Under the pieces are notes generated by a model. The model did no database searches. It saw only the letters and a list, made by a program, of their open reading frames with translations, and had not been told where the DNA came from. From Prorocentrum cordatum (taxonomy: Eukaryota), in assembly GCA_963575745.1 (NCBI GenBank), contig CAUYUJ010000114.1, positions 992,001 to 1,056,000 on the forward strand: 64,000 nucleotides of DNA, written 5' to 3'. Positions 24,933-42,177 of this stretch are shown piece after piece. The position numbers were made by a program, and so were the translations under genes. Position 1 is the stretch's first letter. Each line of letters opens with the position of its first letter.

Positions 24933-25479
24933 TATATATATATGTATATATTTATACATTCAACACACACGCACACACGCTAATGCACACGCACCTACAC
25001 AAACACACACATCCACACACACACACATGTTTTGGCGTCGCGGCGTCGCGCACAGCGTCGAGGCTTAGAACGTTGAAGAGTGCAAAGCGGGAAACGCGCG
25101 CGTCCGGCCTGATCAGAAACACACACATCCACACACACACGCACACACACACACATAGATACACACATCTGCCTCCGACGCGCCGAAGAGCCCAGCTGGC
25201 GGTGGGGATGACAGCGACTAGAGCTTGCGAATACTCAAAAAAACAGCTTTGGCTGGTCGTTGGCTGTGGAGGGTTGCGCTCAAACAACTTCCGCAGCGAG
25301 GCTTCCGCACCCCCGCGGCGAGCACTCGTTCGTTCTCCGGGGCGCAACGGCAGCGGACGGTGTACGCTCAGCAGCGGGACACGCGGGCCTGCATTGCAGT
25401 TGCGCTGCTGCGAGCGCGCTAGGGCCGAAGCAGAAGCCAGCCGCGAGCTCGGGCTCAGGCCACGCAGGACTCAGGAGCG

Positions 25480-25632
25480 GAAAAAACACACAGACACAAT
25501 TAACCGTCAATCCCCAGAAAATATAGGAAAATGTTGGAAGTGGGGGGGAAGACGAGAATCCAAAAAATATAGAAAAATATGGGGAATCCTGGAATTTGTG
25601 TATTTATTTGTGTGTCCCAGGGCCCCTTGAAG
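25480..25632 (+). mobile_element. Family S element, intact copy
   Basis: Colinear with 8543-8702 and 35545-35688. Confidence 0.82.
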
Positions 25633-25957
25633 AACGGCCGCGCGTTCGCCCCCGACAGATCGGAGGCGGCAGGGGGGGGGTCGCAGTTTGCGCCAGCCCG
25701 TGGCAGCGTCGTGCTGTTGTACACAATGAGCACAAGAGGGAAGGAGGCAGAAGCAGGGGATGAGAGAGAGAGAGATACAGTGAACCCGAATAGGAAGGAT
25801 GGGCAACCGTCCCAAGGGTACCCTTGCATCCTTGCCTCCTCGGCCCATCCTTGGCCACTTTCGTTGGCCGCGCCCCGCTCGAAAAGCTTCGACGTGGCCT
25901 TTCAAGGCCCTTGCATCCCTATCGCGCATCCTTACTATACTGATTGACTGTAAAGAA

Positions 25958-25993
<36 letters not shown>

Positions 25994-26148
25994 AAAAAAA
26001 ACATATATCAAATATAACACAAAACAAAACACGCAGAAAGAGAGAGAGAGAGAGACATAGAGATGGGACAAACAAAGACGTTGGGAGGCAGTTCTAGCAA
26101 GTGTCTGAGAGCAAAACGGGGAAAGGGGTTGTTTGTAACGCCTCTCAG

Positions 26149-26256
26149 GTCTGACGACAAGAAGGCGTGGTGCTGCGAGAACAAGCATATAGGGTGTTCG
26201 ACAACATCTATGCCCTATGATTGCGAAGCTGGTTACTCGAATTGGGAAGCTGGTTG
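26149..26256 (+). CDS. 108-bp exon: SDDKKAWCCENKHIGCSTTSMPYDCEAGYSNWEAG
   Basis: CAG| acceptor, TG|GT donor, phase 2/2. Confidence 0.88.
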
Positions 26257-26405
26257 GTCTTCTGTGTATGAAAGTACCCCAGAACCGGTTCAATGTCTCA
26301 GAAGACGCACGGGTTTTGCAGTAGATGGCCTGAATGAATCGCGAAGGGGGGCAGTTCAGGTCAAAGAGGTACGTATAGGTTTTGTGTATGCTTCGAATCC
26401 CCAAG

Positions 26406-26516
26406 GTCCGACGACAAGAAGGCGTGGTGCTGCGAGAACAAAGAGATGGGTTGTCCGGCAACGACATCTCCACCTTATGACTGTGACGCTGGTTACTCGA
26501 ATTGGGAAGCGGGTTG
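26406..26516 (+). CDS. 111-bp exon: SDDKKAWCCENKEMGCPATTSPPYDCDAGYSNWEAG
   Basis: AAG| acceptor, TG|GT donor; flanking introns are 149 and 150 bp. Confidence 0.88.
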
Positions 26517-26666
26517 GTCTCGTGCGTGTTGGAACCATCCCAATTCTGTTCCAATCCAAAAGATCCGGAGAAGCACGGGTTCTCTCTCACCCGCGTGAGT
26601 TGTGAAGGGGGGCAGTTTTAGTCAAAGAAATGCGTTTGAGGTCGGGGTTTGTTTCCAACTCCCAAG

Positions 26667-28716
26667 GTCCAACGACAAGAAGACATGGTGCTGCGAGAAC
26701 AAGAACATGGCTTGCGGAGGGACGAACCCACCTGCTGGTGCAGCAGACCCGATCCCCCTCCCTCTTCCTGAGAGCACCGTTCCTGTCCAGAGCGATGGGT
26801 CGCCGTGCGTGTGCACACAGCAGACGTCGGATGGGAAGTACCCGGCAGGCAGCCATGGCGTCTACGGCACTTGCAAGGAAGGCGAAGGATGTTGTGCCGC
26901 AAATGGAAAGTTGTGCGACGGCACCGCCAGCGTGATGCCCCCCACCAGTTCGGATGGCGTGCCTGCCACCTCCCCTGGCAGCGGAGCTCTACCGCCAGCA
27001 ACTGGCCTCCCTGGCAGTGCGGCGCCCCTGCCGCCAGCAAGCTCCGATGGCGGCGCCGGGACACCATCGTCGTCCCCTGGCAGCGGGAATGGCTCGGGAC
27101 CGCCCCTTGCGCCGCCGACAACCTCCGATGGCGGCGCCGGCCCAGCGGCGTCCCCAGTGGCGCCGCCATTATCCCCTGTCAGCGGGACTGACTCAGCACC
27201 GCCCGCTGCGCCACCGGCAATCTCCGATGGCGGCGCTGGCACAGCGGTGCCACCGTCGTCCCCCGGCAACGGGTCTGGTTCGGGACCGCCTCCGTCGCCG
27301 CCAACGACCTCCGATGGTGACGCTGGCCCAGCGGCGCCCACAGCGGTGCCCTCAACGACGTCACCGTCGTCCCCTGGAAGCGGCCCCGCCTCGGGTCCGC
27401 CCCCTGCGGCGCCGGCGACCTCCGATGGTGGCGCCGGCCCAGCGGTGCCACCGTCGTCCCCTGGCAGCGGCCCCGCCTCGGGTCCGCCCCCTGCGTCGCC
27501 GGCGACCTCCGACGGTGGCGCCGGCCCAGCGGTGCCACCGTGGTCCCCTGGAAGCGGCCCCGCCTCGGGTCCGCCCCCTGCGTCGCCGGCGACCTCCGAT
27601 GGTGGCGCCGGCCCAGCGGCGCCACCGTCGGCCCCCGGCAGTGGCCCTGGCTCGGGTCCGCCCCCAGCGCCGCCAGCGACCTCGGATGGCGGCGCCGGCC
27701 CAGCGGCGCCGCCATCATCCCTTAGCAACGGGACGGACTCAGCAACGCCCCCTCTGCCGCCGGCAACCTCCGATGGCGGCGCCACGACGCCACCGTCGTC
27801 CCCTGGTAACAGCTCTGGCTCGGGAACGCCCGCTGCGCCGCCAGCGACATCCGATGGCGGCGCCACGCCGCCATCGACGTCTCCTGGCAGCGGCCCTGGC
27901 TCGGGACCGCCTCCTGCACCGCCAGCGACCTCCGATGGCGGTGCTGGCCCAGCGGCGCCACCGACGTCCCCTGGCAACGGGACTGGCTCGGGTCCGGACT
28001 CTGCGCCGCCCGCAAGCTCCGATGGTGGCGCAGGCCCAGCGGCGCCCCCAGCGGCGCCGCCATCATCCCCTGGCAGCGGCTCTGGCTCGGGTCCGCCCCC
28101 TGCGCCGCCAGCGACCTCGGATGGCGGCGCCGGCCCAGCGGCGCCGCCATCATCCCTTAGCAACGGGACTGGCTCGGGACCGCCTCCGGCGCCGCCAGCG
28201 ACCTCCGATGGTGGCGCTGGCCCAGCGGCGGCGCCCACAGAGGTGCCCCCAGCTGCGCCACCGTCGTCCCCTGGAAGCGGACCTGCCTCGGGTCCGCCCC
28301 CTGCGTCGCCAGCGACAGCCGATGGCGGCGCCGCGGCGCCACCGTCGGCCCCTGGCAGTGGCGCTAGCTCGGGTCCGCCCCCAGCGCCGCCAGCGACCTC
28401 CGATGGCGGCGCTGGGCCAGCGGCGCCCCCTGGCAGCGGCACTGGCGCGGGACCGCCCCTTCTGCCGCCGGGGAGCTCCAATGGCGGCGCTGGCCCATCG
28501 GCTCCTCCAGGACTGCCGCCCTCGGACTCTCACTCTGCAGCTCCTTTCTCGTCACCGTCGCCCCCCCGTGATGCCAGCGCAGAGGTTTTCCGCGCCAGAG
28601 ATGTTGTTCAGCGTCCATGCAGAGTTCGCACCCAAAGTCGCAATGCTCACGTCTGTCGTAGCACAATGTGGACTCCAATTTCTCTGGGCCAATCGCAGCG
28701 CGTTACCACACCCTGA
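26667..28716 (+). CDS. Large exon: last Cys/Trp half-module, a small Cys-rich segment, then ~30-aa Pro/Ser/Gly/Ala repeats (PATSDGGAGPAAPPSSPGSG); probably a surface or secreted protein
   Basis: AAG| acceptor in phase with the upstream exons and an open frame to the stop at 28716. Repeats vary mainly at third positions. The true 3' end may be an earlier donor near 28585. Confidence 0.8.
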
Positions 28717-28809
28717 CCCAGACAAGGTGGTGGCGGTGCAGAAATATTGGTGGCAGCGTTCGTGTTGTTAGAGTATAAGTTATAGTGTGAGCTGTACTGT
28801 TAGTATTCG

Positions 28810-33810
<5,001 letters not shown>

Positions 33811-34523
33811 ATCGGGCGGAGCCATTACCGGGATAAGTCATTCCAGAGCGTTTTGGAACGTTCTCAGAGCGCTCTGAAATGGTTGTGGCGCCCAAAACGT
33901 CCTCTGGGAAATGCATATCTCAGAGATCCCCCACTTGTTCCGAAGAAGAAAAAGTTGCATCGGCGCTTTGCCCCCTTCCCTGGCGTGCAGAGCGCGCCAG
34001 GGGCGGCGCCAGAGGCGCCGCCAGGGGGCCCAGCGCAGATCTAAGAAATCCGCGCGGACATCCTAGAGTTTCTGATTGTGCAGTGTTCTGTTCGTCGAGC
34101 GTCCTGGTCGGGTTTTGTCCCGGTCTTGGCCTCGTCCGATTTGTTGGCATGATGTTGGTTTATCTTCGATGTTCACGCGGATACGGGCACGAGCAGCTGC
34201 GAGGATCTTTGGCGGCAGAACTCAAGAGCAGCAAGTGGTGATAGCCCCCTTGAGAGGAAGCGGATTCAATGTGGGGCTGAAATTGGTGGGCGTTTGCGCT
34301 GGGAAAAAATATCTTCGATGCTGACCGACCCCCGCGTGGCCCCCCTCCTGCCGGCGGTACTCAGGAGCGCTGCCGGGCTCGATGGTTCCGCCGCCGTGAG
34401 GCGCGGCTCCCGTGGCAGCGCCGCAGGGCGAAGTTACGCGCGCCGGCGGCGCACATCAGAGTAGATAGGAACGTGACCCCAGCATCCTCCTTCTTCTCCT
34501 CGGCTCCGAGGCGGAAATTTACA

Positions 34524-34702
34524 CTCCGGATTCCATAACAAAGTGGGGGGGGTCACATTCGGGGGGGGGTCTAATTTGAGCTGTCTTGGAGGGTTCGAGG
34601 GGGTCTGGGCAAAGGGCCGCCCTTTGATGGATAGTCTGGGGGGTCTAAAACTGTTCGTCTGGGAGGGTTGTGACCCCCTCCCTTTTATTACGAAATCTGG
34701 AG
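34524..34702 (-). mobile_element. Tc1/mariner-type MITE, same family as 14898-15075
   Basis: Right end TTATTACGAAATCTGGAG|TA; decayed left TIR CTCCGGATTCCATAAC; body is reverse-homologous. Confidence 0.8.
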
Positions 34703-35154
34703 TACATGACCTCCGCCTGGAGGGTCAGTGTTCGGAGCCTCGGCAGGCGTTGGATATGGACATCTTCGGGCCCCCGCGGCCGAAATGTATCCATATATCC
34801 ACCGCCCGCTGGGGCACCAGGACGTCGGTTCCCAGGCGGTGGATGTGGATACATCCCCGCCTGGCATCGGTGACTCGGTGATGACCCCCTCTGTCTGACC
34901 CGGGTTAGCGAGCCGCTCTTGGCCGCGAGGCGGCCGCGCATGTTGGCTGACCCCATTGCAGCTTTTTGGTTTCCTGCTGACCCGGGTCTGTATTGACCCG
35001 GGTCAGCAGATCCCCGAAGAGAGGAGCATGACCCCAGCATCCTCCTTCCTCCTCCTCGGTGACTCGGTGATGCGGACGGCTCTCCCGGTGAAGGGCAGCG
35101 CCCTCAACCCCTCCCGCTGGTGAGCAGGCGGGAGGGAAACAAAAGCCAAGAGTA

Positions 35155-35302
35155 GGGGACCACATGCGAACCCTACCCCTGCCCCCCACGATTTCTGAGG
35201 GGGGGGCGGGTTCACTTCGCTCGGGAGCTCCCGAATGAAGTGAACCCCACCCTCCCCCTCAGAAATCGTGGGGGGCAGGGGTAGGGTTCGCATGTGGTCC
35301 CC
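35155..35302. mobile_element. Fold-back (fully palindromic) MITE, ~150 bp
   Basis: GGGGACCACATGCGAACCCTACCCC ... GGGGTAGGGTTCGCATGTGGTCCCC with TA flanks; second copy at 41587-41736. Confidence 0.9.
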
Positions 35303-35544
35303 TAAAGAGGTAACAAGAAAGAGCTCAAAAAGCAAGAAAAGGGAGGACGGAGCCTCGAGCCCCTGGGGAGGACGGAGGAAGCAGGGGTATGGCTGAGCTC
35401 CGGCGCTGTGCGGGTGCAGAGGTGGGCCGCGCGTGGGCCCCGCGCTCCCCAGGGGGAGAGAGAGGCCCACCTCGGCGCACCTCGCCTCGAGCGGGGGCCC
35501 GTCCTCCTGTCATCCCGAGGTCCAGAGGTCAAAACTCAGGAGAG

Positions 35545-35688
35545 AAAGACACACACAGACACAATTCATCGTCGACTCCCAGGGAAATATGGGAAAATAT
35601 GGGAAGTGGGGGGGGAGACAAAAGCCCAGAAAATCTGGGAAAATACTGGGGATCCTGGTATCATTTGTGTGTCCCAGGGCCCCTTCAA
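35545..35688 (+). mobile_element. Family S element
   Basis: Colinear with the other copies. Confidence 0.82.
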
Positions 35689-36689
35689 AAACGCGCGGGG
35701 GGGCAGGGTGCGTGGGACGCGGCCTCGTGCACGGTGGGTCAAGTCGCCCCACGCATGCCCCGTGTCGCTCCCGTCGCCGTCGCAGAGACTCCGCCCAGCC
35801 GCCGACGCACAGAGTGCGCAGGACGCGGCGGCGCGCGGCAGGAGCGGCCCGTGTGGGCAGGGTGGGGGGGGGGGGCATGCAGAGGGCGCGGGCACGAAGC
35901 CGGGTCTTCCGGGCGCGGCGACAGCGGCTGCGCGAGGAGGAGGAGGAGGTAGAGCGTGAGAGGCGGGAGTCGAGAGGGTAGGCGAGGAGCGGGAGCGGGG
36001 ATGGCCCGAGCGGAGCCACCACCAGCCGAGGTGTTGGAGTGGTGGCCCCCTCGGCCAGGCTCTCGGGTGCGGGCCGCCGTCTCGTCCACGGCCTGCAGGG
36101 GAAGCTGTGGCTTCCCCTGGAGGCCGGCGCCGAGCACGGGTCTGAGGCCCCGCCTTCTTTTGCCCCCCCTCTGCTAATTAAAGCTGCGCGTGGCCCGCTT
36201 AGCTTCTATCAGAAGAGGCTCGCTCTCGACCCGCGGATCAAAAAGTGCCGAGCACGGCTCCTTTTCCATCCCCGCCACGTTGTGCTCAGTTCGTGAGGTG
36301 GAGGCTCGTGAGGTACCCGCAGCACAGAAGATTGCGGTTGTGGAAGTAGGCGGGGTGTTGGAGTTGGAGTGCGTTGGTGTGCACCGCGTAATTAGGTGGA
36401 GGGTTCCTGGTGCCGCGTCGTGCGGTAGCTGATGCTGCTGCTGTTGTGGTGGCAATGACTGCGCAGTGGAGGTGTGGCGTAGTGGTGAGCATTGTGGGAG
36501 AGGCAGGAGCCAGCTGGCCGTCGTGGAGCAACATAGAGATGTGGGATGGCTGCGCCCTGCAGTGTGCGGCTGCAGCTGCAGAGGTTGACGCTGGGAGAGG
36601 TTAATTTCAGTGTTGGCGCCCCTCGCGATGAGGTTGGCCCGTGCCACGGGTCCTGCTCCCAGCACCTGGGTTGGGGGTCGTAAGTTGCC

Positions 36690-39600
36690 AGGCTATGGGC
36701 TGAGGTTGCTGCCGCGGCCGCGACTGTTCTCGGCCCAGTTTCCGTTCATTTTTGGAGGGACAGCGGAGAGGTGGAGGCATGGTTGCGTGTGACGTCGGAT
36801 TGGTAGGGCACTGGTGATGGTCGTTGGTGCCCTCGCTAGATGCTGTGTCTGCTGCGGCGCTGGATGCTTCGGGAGGGCGCGGCGGCCCGCGGTCATCTCG
36901 CGGAAGATGGCGCGGTGCACGATGTCCAGCACGATGCGGCGGAATTCGCCCAGGTCGTCGGTCTCCATGGTGAGGCGGAGGTCGACGATGGCGTCGGTGA
37001 TGGTGGAGATGTACACCCTGTAGTCGGTCATGTGGTTGGGGTCGATGCCCTCTGTCCGGAGTATTGGTAGCTATGGTTCCTCGCCGCACTCGCGTGCCTG
37101 GTGGGTGGCGTCGTCCGATGCACGTTCTCCCCAGGCCCAGCAGCCGGTGGGGGTCCACGCCCTCGTATTGGGTGGCGGCTCGCTCCATGTGATGCGGATG
37201 TTGTTGCCCTGCTTGATGGTGAGGCATATGTCTTTGTAGTTGCCTTCCAGTGTCCAGTCCTGGTATGCCGCGCGGTCCTGCTGGACGTCGCCGTCGGGGC
37301 AATCCAGCGCTGTCCTGAAGAACATGGTGACGGGGAAGTAGCCCTCTATGGCCCGTGGTGGCGCGTCCTCCGTGTCGAGGTGCTTGGTATCGCTAGTGCT
37401 ACTGGCCGCCATGCCGCTGACGGGTATGTAGCCCGTGTCCATGGCTTAAGTCGGAGCCTCGGCCTGGATGCTGGCATGCGCCGGCGGTGCCTCCTTCTGC
37501 TGCGGTGGTGGCAGTCGTGTCGCCAGTGCGGTCTGCGAGGCTGTATACGTGTCGTATGCTGTGGTGGATCTTGGCGACGTGCTGCGTGGTGATACAATGG
37601 GTGTAGGGCTCCTCTGGGGAATGATAATGGGCGGCACCTTGTATTTCGGTGGCCGCGCGTTGTCTGTGGTGGTGGTCTCCTTGTCGGTGAGCTCCATCTG
37701 CTGCGCTTCGACGTTGTAAGGCACTTCCACTTGGTGTCCTGATAGATGGCGCCTTGTGTGCGAATGCGCTTGTGTTGTGTGCCTTCGGGTTATGCGGTCC
37801 GTCCGCGGTGAGGACCTCTTTGGTGCGTGGGGAGACTTGGTCGAAGAGGTCGGTCCACTCGCTGCTGTCGCAGTAGATGATGCCGGTGCAAGTGCATATG
37901 TTACATTTGCCGCCCAGGGGGTTTTCCTCCACGTGCCTTCTCGAGCCGCAGATTCTGCACATTGCGATCGGGTCGGTGGCGGTCGGAGCAGGGGTGTCGT
38001 TGCTGGAGCCTCGGTGGTTGCCAGTGGCCAGCGGCGCGTAGCTTGTCCGATCCGTCCTATACGTCACCTAGCTCTTTAGTATCATGCCCACGTCGACGTA
38101 ATTAACCCGTGAGCAGGTTATTCGCGATGTTCTTGTCGACTTGGGCTGTCTGCAGCAGCTCTCCTCCGAACCTCATGTTGGCGAAGGAGGATTGGGTGGT
38201 TTAGCTGGGAGATGGCGAAGATGACGCTCTCGCCATAGTCACTGTTGCTTTTGCATTTGTTGCTGAACCGCAGCTCGTGAATTTCCTCAGGTGGCGTCAA
38301 ATCCATCACCTCGTTGGCTTTCATAGGTGGTGGTCCTGGCGGTAGTGGCGATTTAGGTTCGTCGCCTTCGATTTCGAAGGAAGGCACTCTGCTAATGACT
38401 AGGTCGGCCGTTGCCTTGTTCGTGCACCGAAAGGTATCATTGTTGTCGTTAGCTTCCAATCCTCTGGTTCTTCCCACGTTGTCTCGCGCGTCTGTGGGTT
38501 GTGGTAGTAAGCCCGCGCGGTGTTCTTGTCAGGGTAGGCCTTCCATGGGTACGGTAGTGCCATGACATGCCGCCGTCCAGGTTAGGTGGCTCCTTCTTCG
38601 GCGCGGCTGGCTCGTAGATCAGCGGCACGGTGCGGGCGTGCGGGGTATACCTAGGTGCGAGGTCAATCGGTTCCTGTGCTGTCATTGGGTACGTTGTCAA
38701 TCTTAGTGAAGTCGTAGGGTGCAGGCTTCGCTATAGGTAAGATGGCAGTATTCCCAACTTGCGACTCGTGAGGAAACAGCATGCGCCCTCCTTTCTTCGG
38801 GCTGAGTGAAGTTGGGTGGCTTGCGCTCGGTCGGGTCGATGGCCTTACAGGCTGGATACATACTGTGACGTCCAGGCATGTGTGTAAGGCACTGCAGGTT
38901 GAGCTGCTCATCATATTCGAGGTCTTGGTTGAGTTCGTGTGACTCACGGGTTCACGGAGCTCCTTCAGCTTGGTGTCCATTTCGGTCCTGTATTCCTCGC
39001 TGATGGTATTGTAGTCGCGCTTCCCATGATCCTGACCTTGGCGGGCGGCTGCCGCGGAGCGGAGTTCCTCGTAAGCCTCGCAATGGGCGTGGCTACTCTG
39101 GGAGGTATGAGCTCCATGTCAATGCTGTCCGCGTCGTCTATCGTCTAGGTCGTGATGATGCTGCCGACATGGTCTGATGTGTCGGTAGCTGCGTCCTTGT
39201 AACATGAGATGGGTCGTGTGTGCTGGGGTTCCCCGAGCTCTGCTGGCCATGTGGATAGGATGCCTGCTCCCGATCCAATCGTCGTTTCCACTGGCTGCTC
39301 TGGCCTCGCTCAGTGGTTGCCTGTAGGGTGCGCTGTGGAGGTTCAGGTTGACGTCGTTGTGACTTCATTGGGCGAGGGGTACCCGGTCCCCCGTGGGAAC
39401 CCCTGGGAGCGCGTGTGGGCCCCCCTTGGTCTGCGGCGCGATGTGGCGAATGTCCTTGGGGATGATGCAGACGTCAGTGGTTGCATGCATTGCTTTGGAG
39501 CTCTTGGTCTCGATGACGTCCCCTAAGTAGGGAAACGAGTTCTGTACACCGACGCTTTTTCCGACCCTGCGCTGAAATTCGCACAAGAACGCGGATCCTG

Positions 39601-40063
39601 GTGTATACGGGATCTTGGTGTATACATGTTTTGTTGCGTCCCTTGGAAAACGGGAGGGAAGTATACATCACACCACCCCGACGTCGTCCCCGACCCTCAG
39701 AAAAGTCCCCGGATTGAAACAAAACCCGCCATTGGTAATGTATATGTTCCAGTTTCCGATTAAGTACATGCATCTCGTTCTCGCTTCCGAAGGCGTGAGT
39801 AGGTTGCAGTCTGGCGCCGTGCCCAAGTGTACGAAGTTGTCGCAGGGTCCTCCGTCGTGTTGGGCGTGGTTGCTGTGGATTGTCTTGCGCCACTCTGCTT
39901 CGATGGTTCGCCATTTTCTGGCCTGTTTCGCAGAGGCGCTGTGGACTTGCTTGATGTTGGTCCACTCCTTCTCGTTTGAACCCTTGAAGGAGTTGGTCAG
40001 CACCAGCATTGGTGGTTCCCGCTCTGCAAGCTGCTGCGCCCTCTCCGATGGTAGTGTTATCAT
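36690..40063 (-). pseudogene. Decayed long coding region of unknown function downstream of an APE endonuclease remnant
   Basis: Chain of complex-composition minus-strand ORFs broken by stops and frameshifts (39668-40063, 38118-38477, 37399-38067, 37071-37442, 36693-37031). Includes a CRIC..NPL..C..CTG cluster. Confidence 0.5.
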
Positions 40064-40064
40064 T

Positions 40065-40470
40065 GGCTGGTACCGCTATGTAGGCTATCCTCTCGGCTTG
40101 TCTTTGCCTCTTGCGGGTGTAGTTGGTCCCTTTTGCGCGTACTCTTGCGTTGACCGCCACCATGTCGTGTTTTCGGAGGCACGCGTGGAGGAGCCTGCCT
40201 CTTCTCTTCTCCGGCATGGGCTCGCCTTCGTCGCCGATGAAGTCAGAGATGTCCTCGCCTGTGGTGCCGTTCGCGTCGATCAGCAGTAGGTCGACCTTGC
40301 ATCTTTCGGTGTCCGCCGAGAGAGATGTCTAGAATTCCTCTGCCTTCTCGTCGGTGCTGTCGTTCTGCGGGGCGTATGCCACTGCTACTGCTCTGGCCAT
40401 ACCAGTGGCCTCGATCCTCGTGATGAGCAGCCTTGATTCCTGTCGTAGTAGATTGCAGTGGTTTGGGCGT
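40065..40470 (-). pseudogene. APE-type endonuclease domain of a non-LTR retrotransposon (RTE-like)
   Basis: Manual translation gives SRLL..VAYAPQ..EEF*..LLLIDANG..IG..GRLL..MVAVN..YT..RIAYIAVP, with an in-frame stop at 40329-40331. Confidence 0.8.
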
Positions 40471-40477
40471 GCGTACA

Positions 40478-40830
40478 TTTTTCCCATCCTGTAGTTTTGG
40501 GACCTCGTTTTGAAGAGACAGCGCCCCGCGTTCCTTCTCCTCCTCCCCCCTCCTCCCTTCCTGCCTCTGCCCTCCGCATGTCCACCGTTTCAGCGCACCT
40601 AGTACAGCGCTTCGTGGCCCCACAAGGAGCTCCGCCGAGGGCCCCAGCGGCACAGTCCGCATACCATACCCGCATCCGATTTGGCGCACCCCCCACACGT
40701 TTCGTGGCCCCATAGGGAGCTCCGCCGAAGGCCCCAATGGCACAGTCCGCATGGCGCACCCCGCACCTGTTGTGGCGCACCCCTCACGCGCTTCAGGGCC
40801 CCATAGGGAGCTCCATCGAAGGCCGCAGCC
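40478..40830 (-). mobile_element. SINE-like element with 90-bp-type repeats and a conserved tail
   Basis: Reverse-homologous to 53270-54757, including the tail CTGTCTCTTCAAA.CGAGG.CCCAA..C.ACAGGA. Confidence 0.75.
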
Positions 40831-40831
40831 C

Positions 40832-40996
40832 GAGCATGTTCTCTGGGTGGAGGGCAAAGGGTGAAATCTGGAATGCTGTCTCGATGGATTTTCGAGGCTT
40901 GGATCTGCAAAAGGTGAATCACAAGACGGATTGATTGTCGAGGTGCAAAAGCCCAGATGGATTTCACCCTGAGTCCTCCACCCTAACGAAATATTC
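40832..40996 (-). mobile_element. MITE, same family as 9952-10120
   Basis: Reverse-complement homology over the whole length; inserted in the SINE-like element. Confidence 0.75.
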
Positions 40997-41586
40997 AGGC
41001 AGCGGCAAAGTCCGCATGGTGTACCCGCACCCGATTCGGCACAACCCTCACACGCTTGATTACCAGCGACGGAGGTCGGCTCGAGTTTGTCGGCGGGGGC
41101 GACCCACCCGCGCTTACAGTCAAGACGGTGAGACAAGGACCACGACAGGTTCAGGAGGGGCTCTTATTTTCGCGCTGCTCCTCAGGTCCTGCTCGGGGAA
41201 CCTGTTCGTGGTCGAAGCTCGCCGTGTTCAGAGAAGCGCCTGCGCTCCTTGACCAGTGTTCCCGATGGTAGCAGTATGACTGCACTGACGAATGCAGGGT
41301 GCCCTGGAGAGCAGTACTCGGGGTGCTTAGAAGCCAGGTTCTGGCTCACTCGTGCGACGCGTCACGGTGGGCGCGTCGCTGTGCAGGGACGTTTGGCCAC
41401 TCCCACGAACAGCAGGCCCTCCCACCTACCCTCCCGTGCGCGCCTGCCAAAGAAAGCACTGGACGTCAGGCACCTCCCGTGCGAGCAGTGCTATTCATCT
41501 TCCGTAATTCGCTTAGGAAGCATTTCTTTCAATCTCCCAGGGCACCGTAGCCTCCCAATACGTTCTGTTCTGCAGCGGCAGGTTTG

Positions 41587-41736
41587 GGGGGCCACATGCG
41601 AACCCTACCCCTACCCCCCACGATTTCTGAGGGGGAGGGTGGGGTTCGCTTCGCTCGGGAGCTCTCGAACGAAGTGAATCCCACCCTCCCCCTCAGAAGT
41701 CGTGGGGGGTAGGGGTAGGGTTCGCATGTGGCCCCC
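41587..41736. mobile_element. Fold-back MITE, second copy
   Basis: Palindrome homologous to 35155-35302. Confidence 0.9.
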
Positions 41737-42177
41737 TAAGATTGTGACCCTCCGGGAGTGCTGCCGGGTACCGCTGTACATTATAGCGAACTCGTCAGGT
41801 ACGGCAGGCTCGTGCCGTGCCGACGCAGCGGCGACCCCGCCGGCCCGCCGCGGCCGTTCGAGGTCGAGCGGCCCGTGGCCCGGGACCGGCCGACATCGAG
41901 AGATCCGCGCGGTCGCGGTGCTGTGATTGTCCAAGGTCGAACGGTCCACGGTGTCGGTCAGGAGGGGGCAAACACACAGACACGAGTCGTCGTCGGCCCC
42001 CAGGAAAATGTATGGTCCAGGGCTTGGGCCCCCCCCCCCCAATGCTGATGCCATTGGGCCCCCCCCCCCGCGCGATGGTCCCCCCCGCCCACCCCTGTGG
42101 GCGTGGCGTGGTGCTGCGCTGCGGTGCCCCCCTCCCCCCCCCCTGTGGATGTGGTGTGGTGCTGTGGTGGTTCAGAG

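Noticed and set aside
26862..28481. 539-aa antisense ORF and the 605-aa alternative-frame ORF (26954-28771)
   Set aside because: Shadows of the GC-rich repetitive exon; splice phase and the Cys/Trp module support only the 26602 frame.
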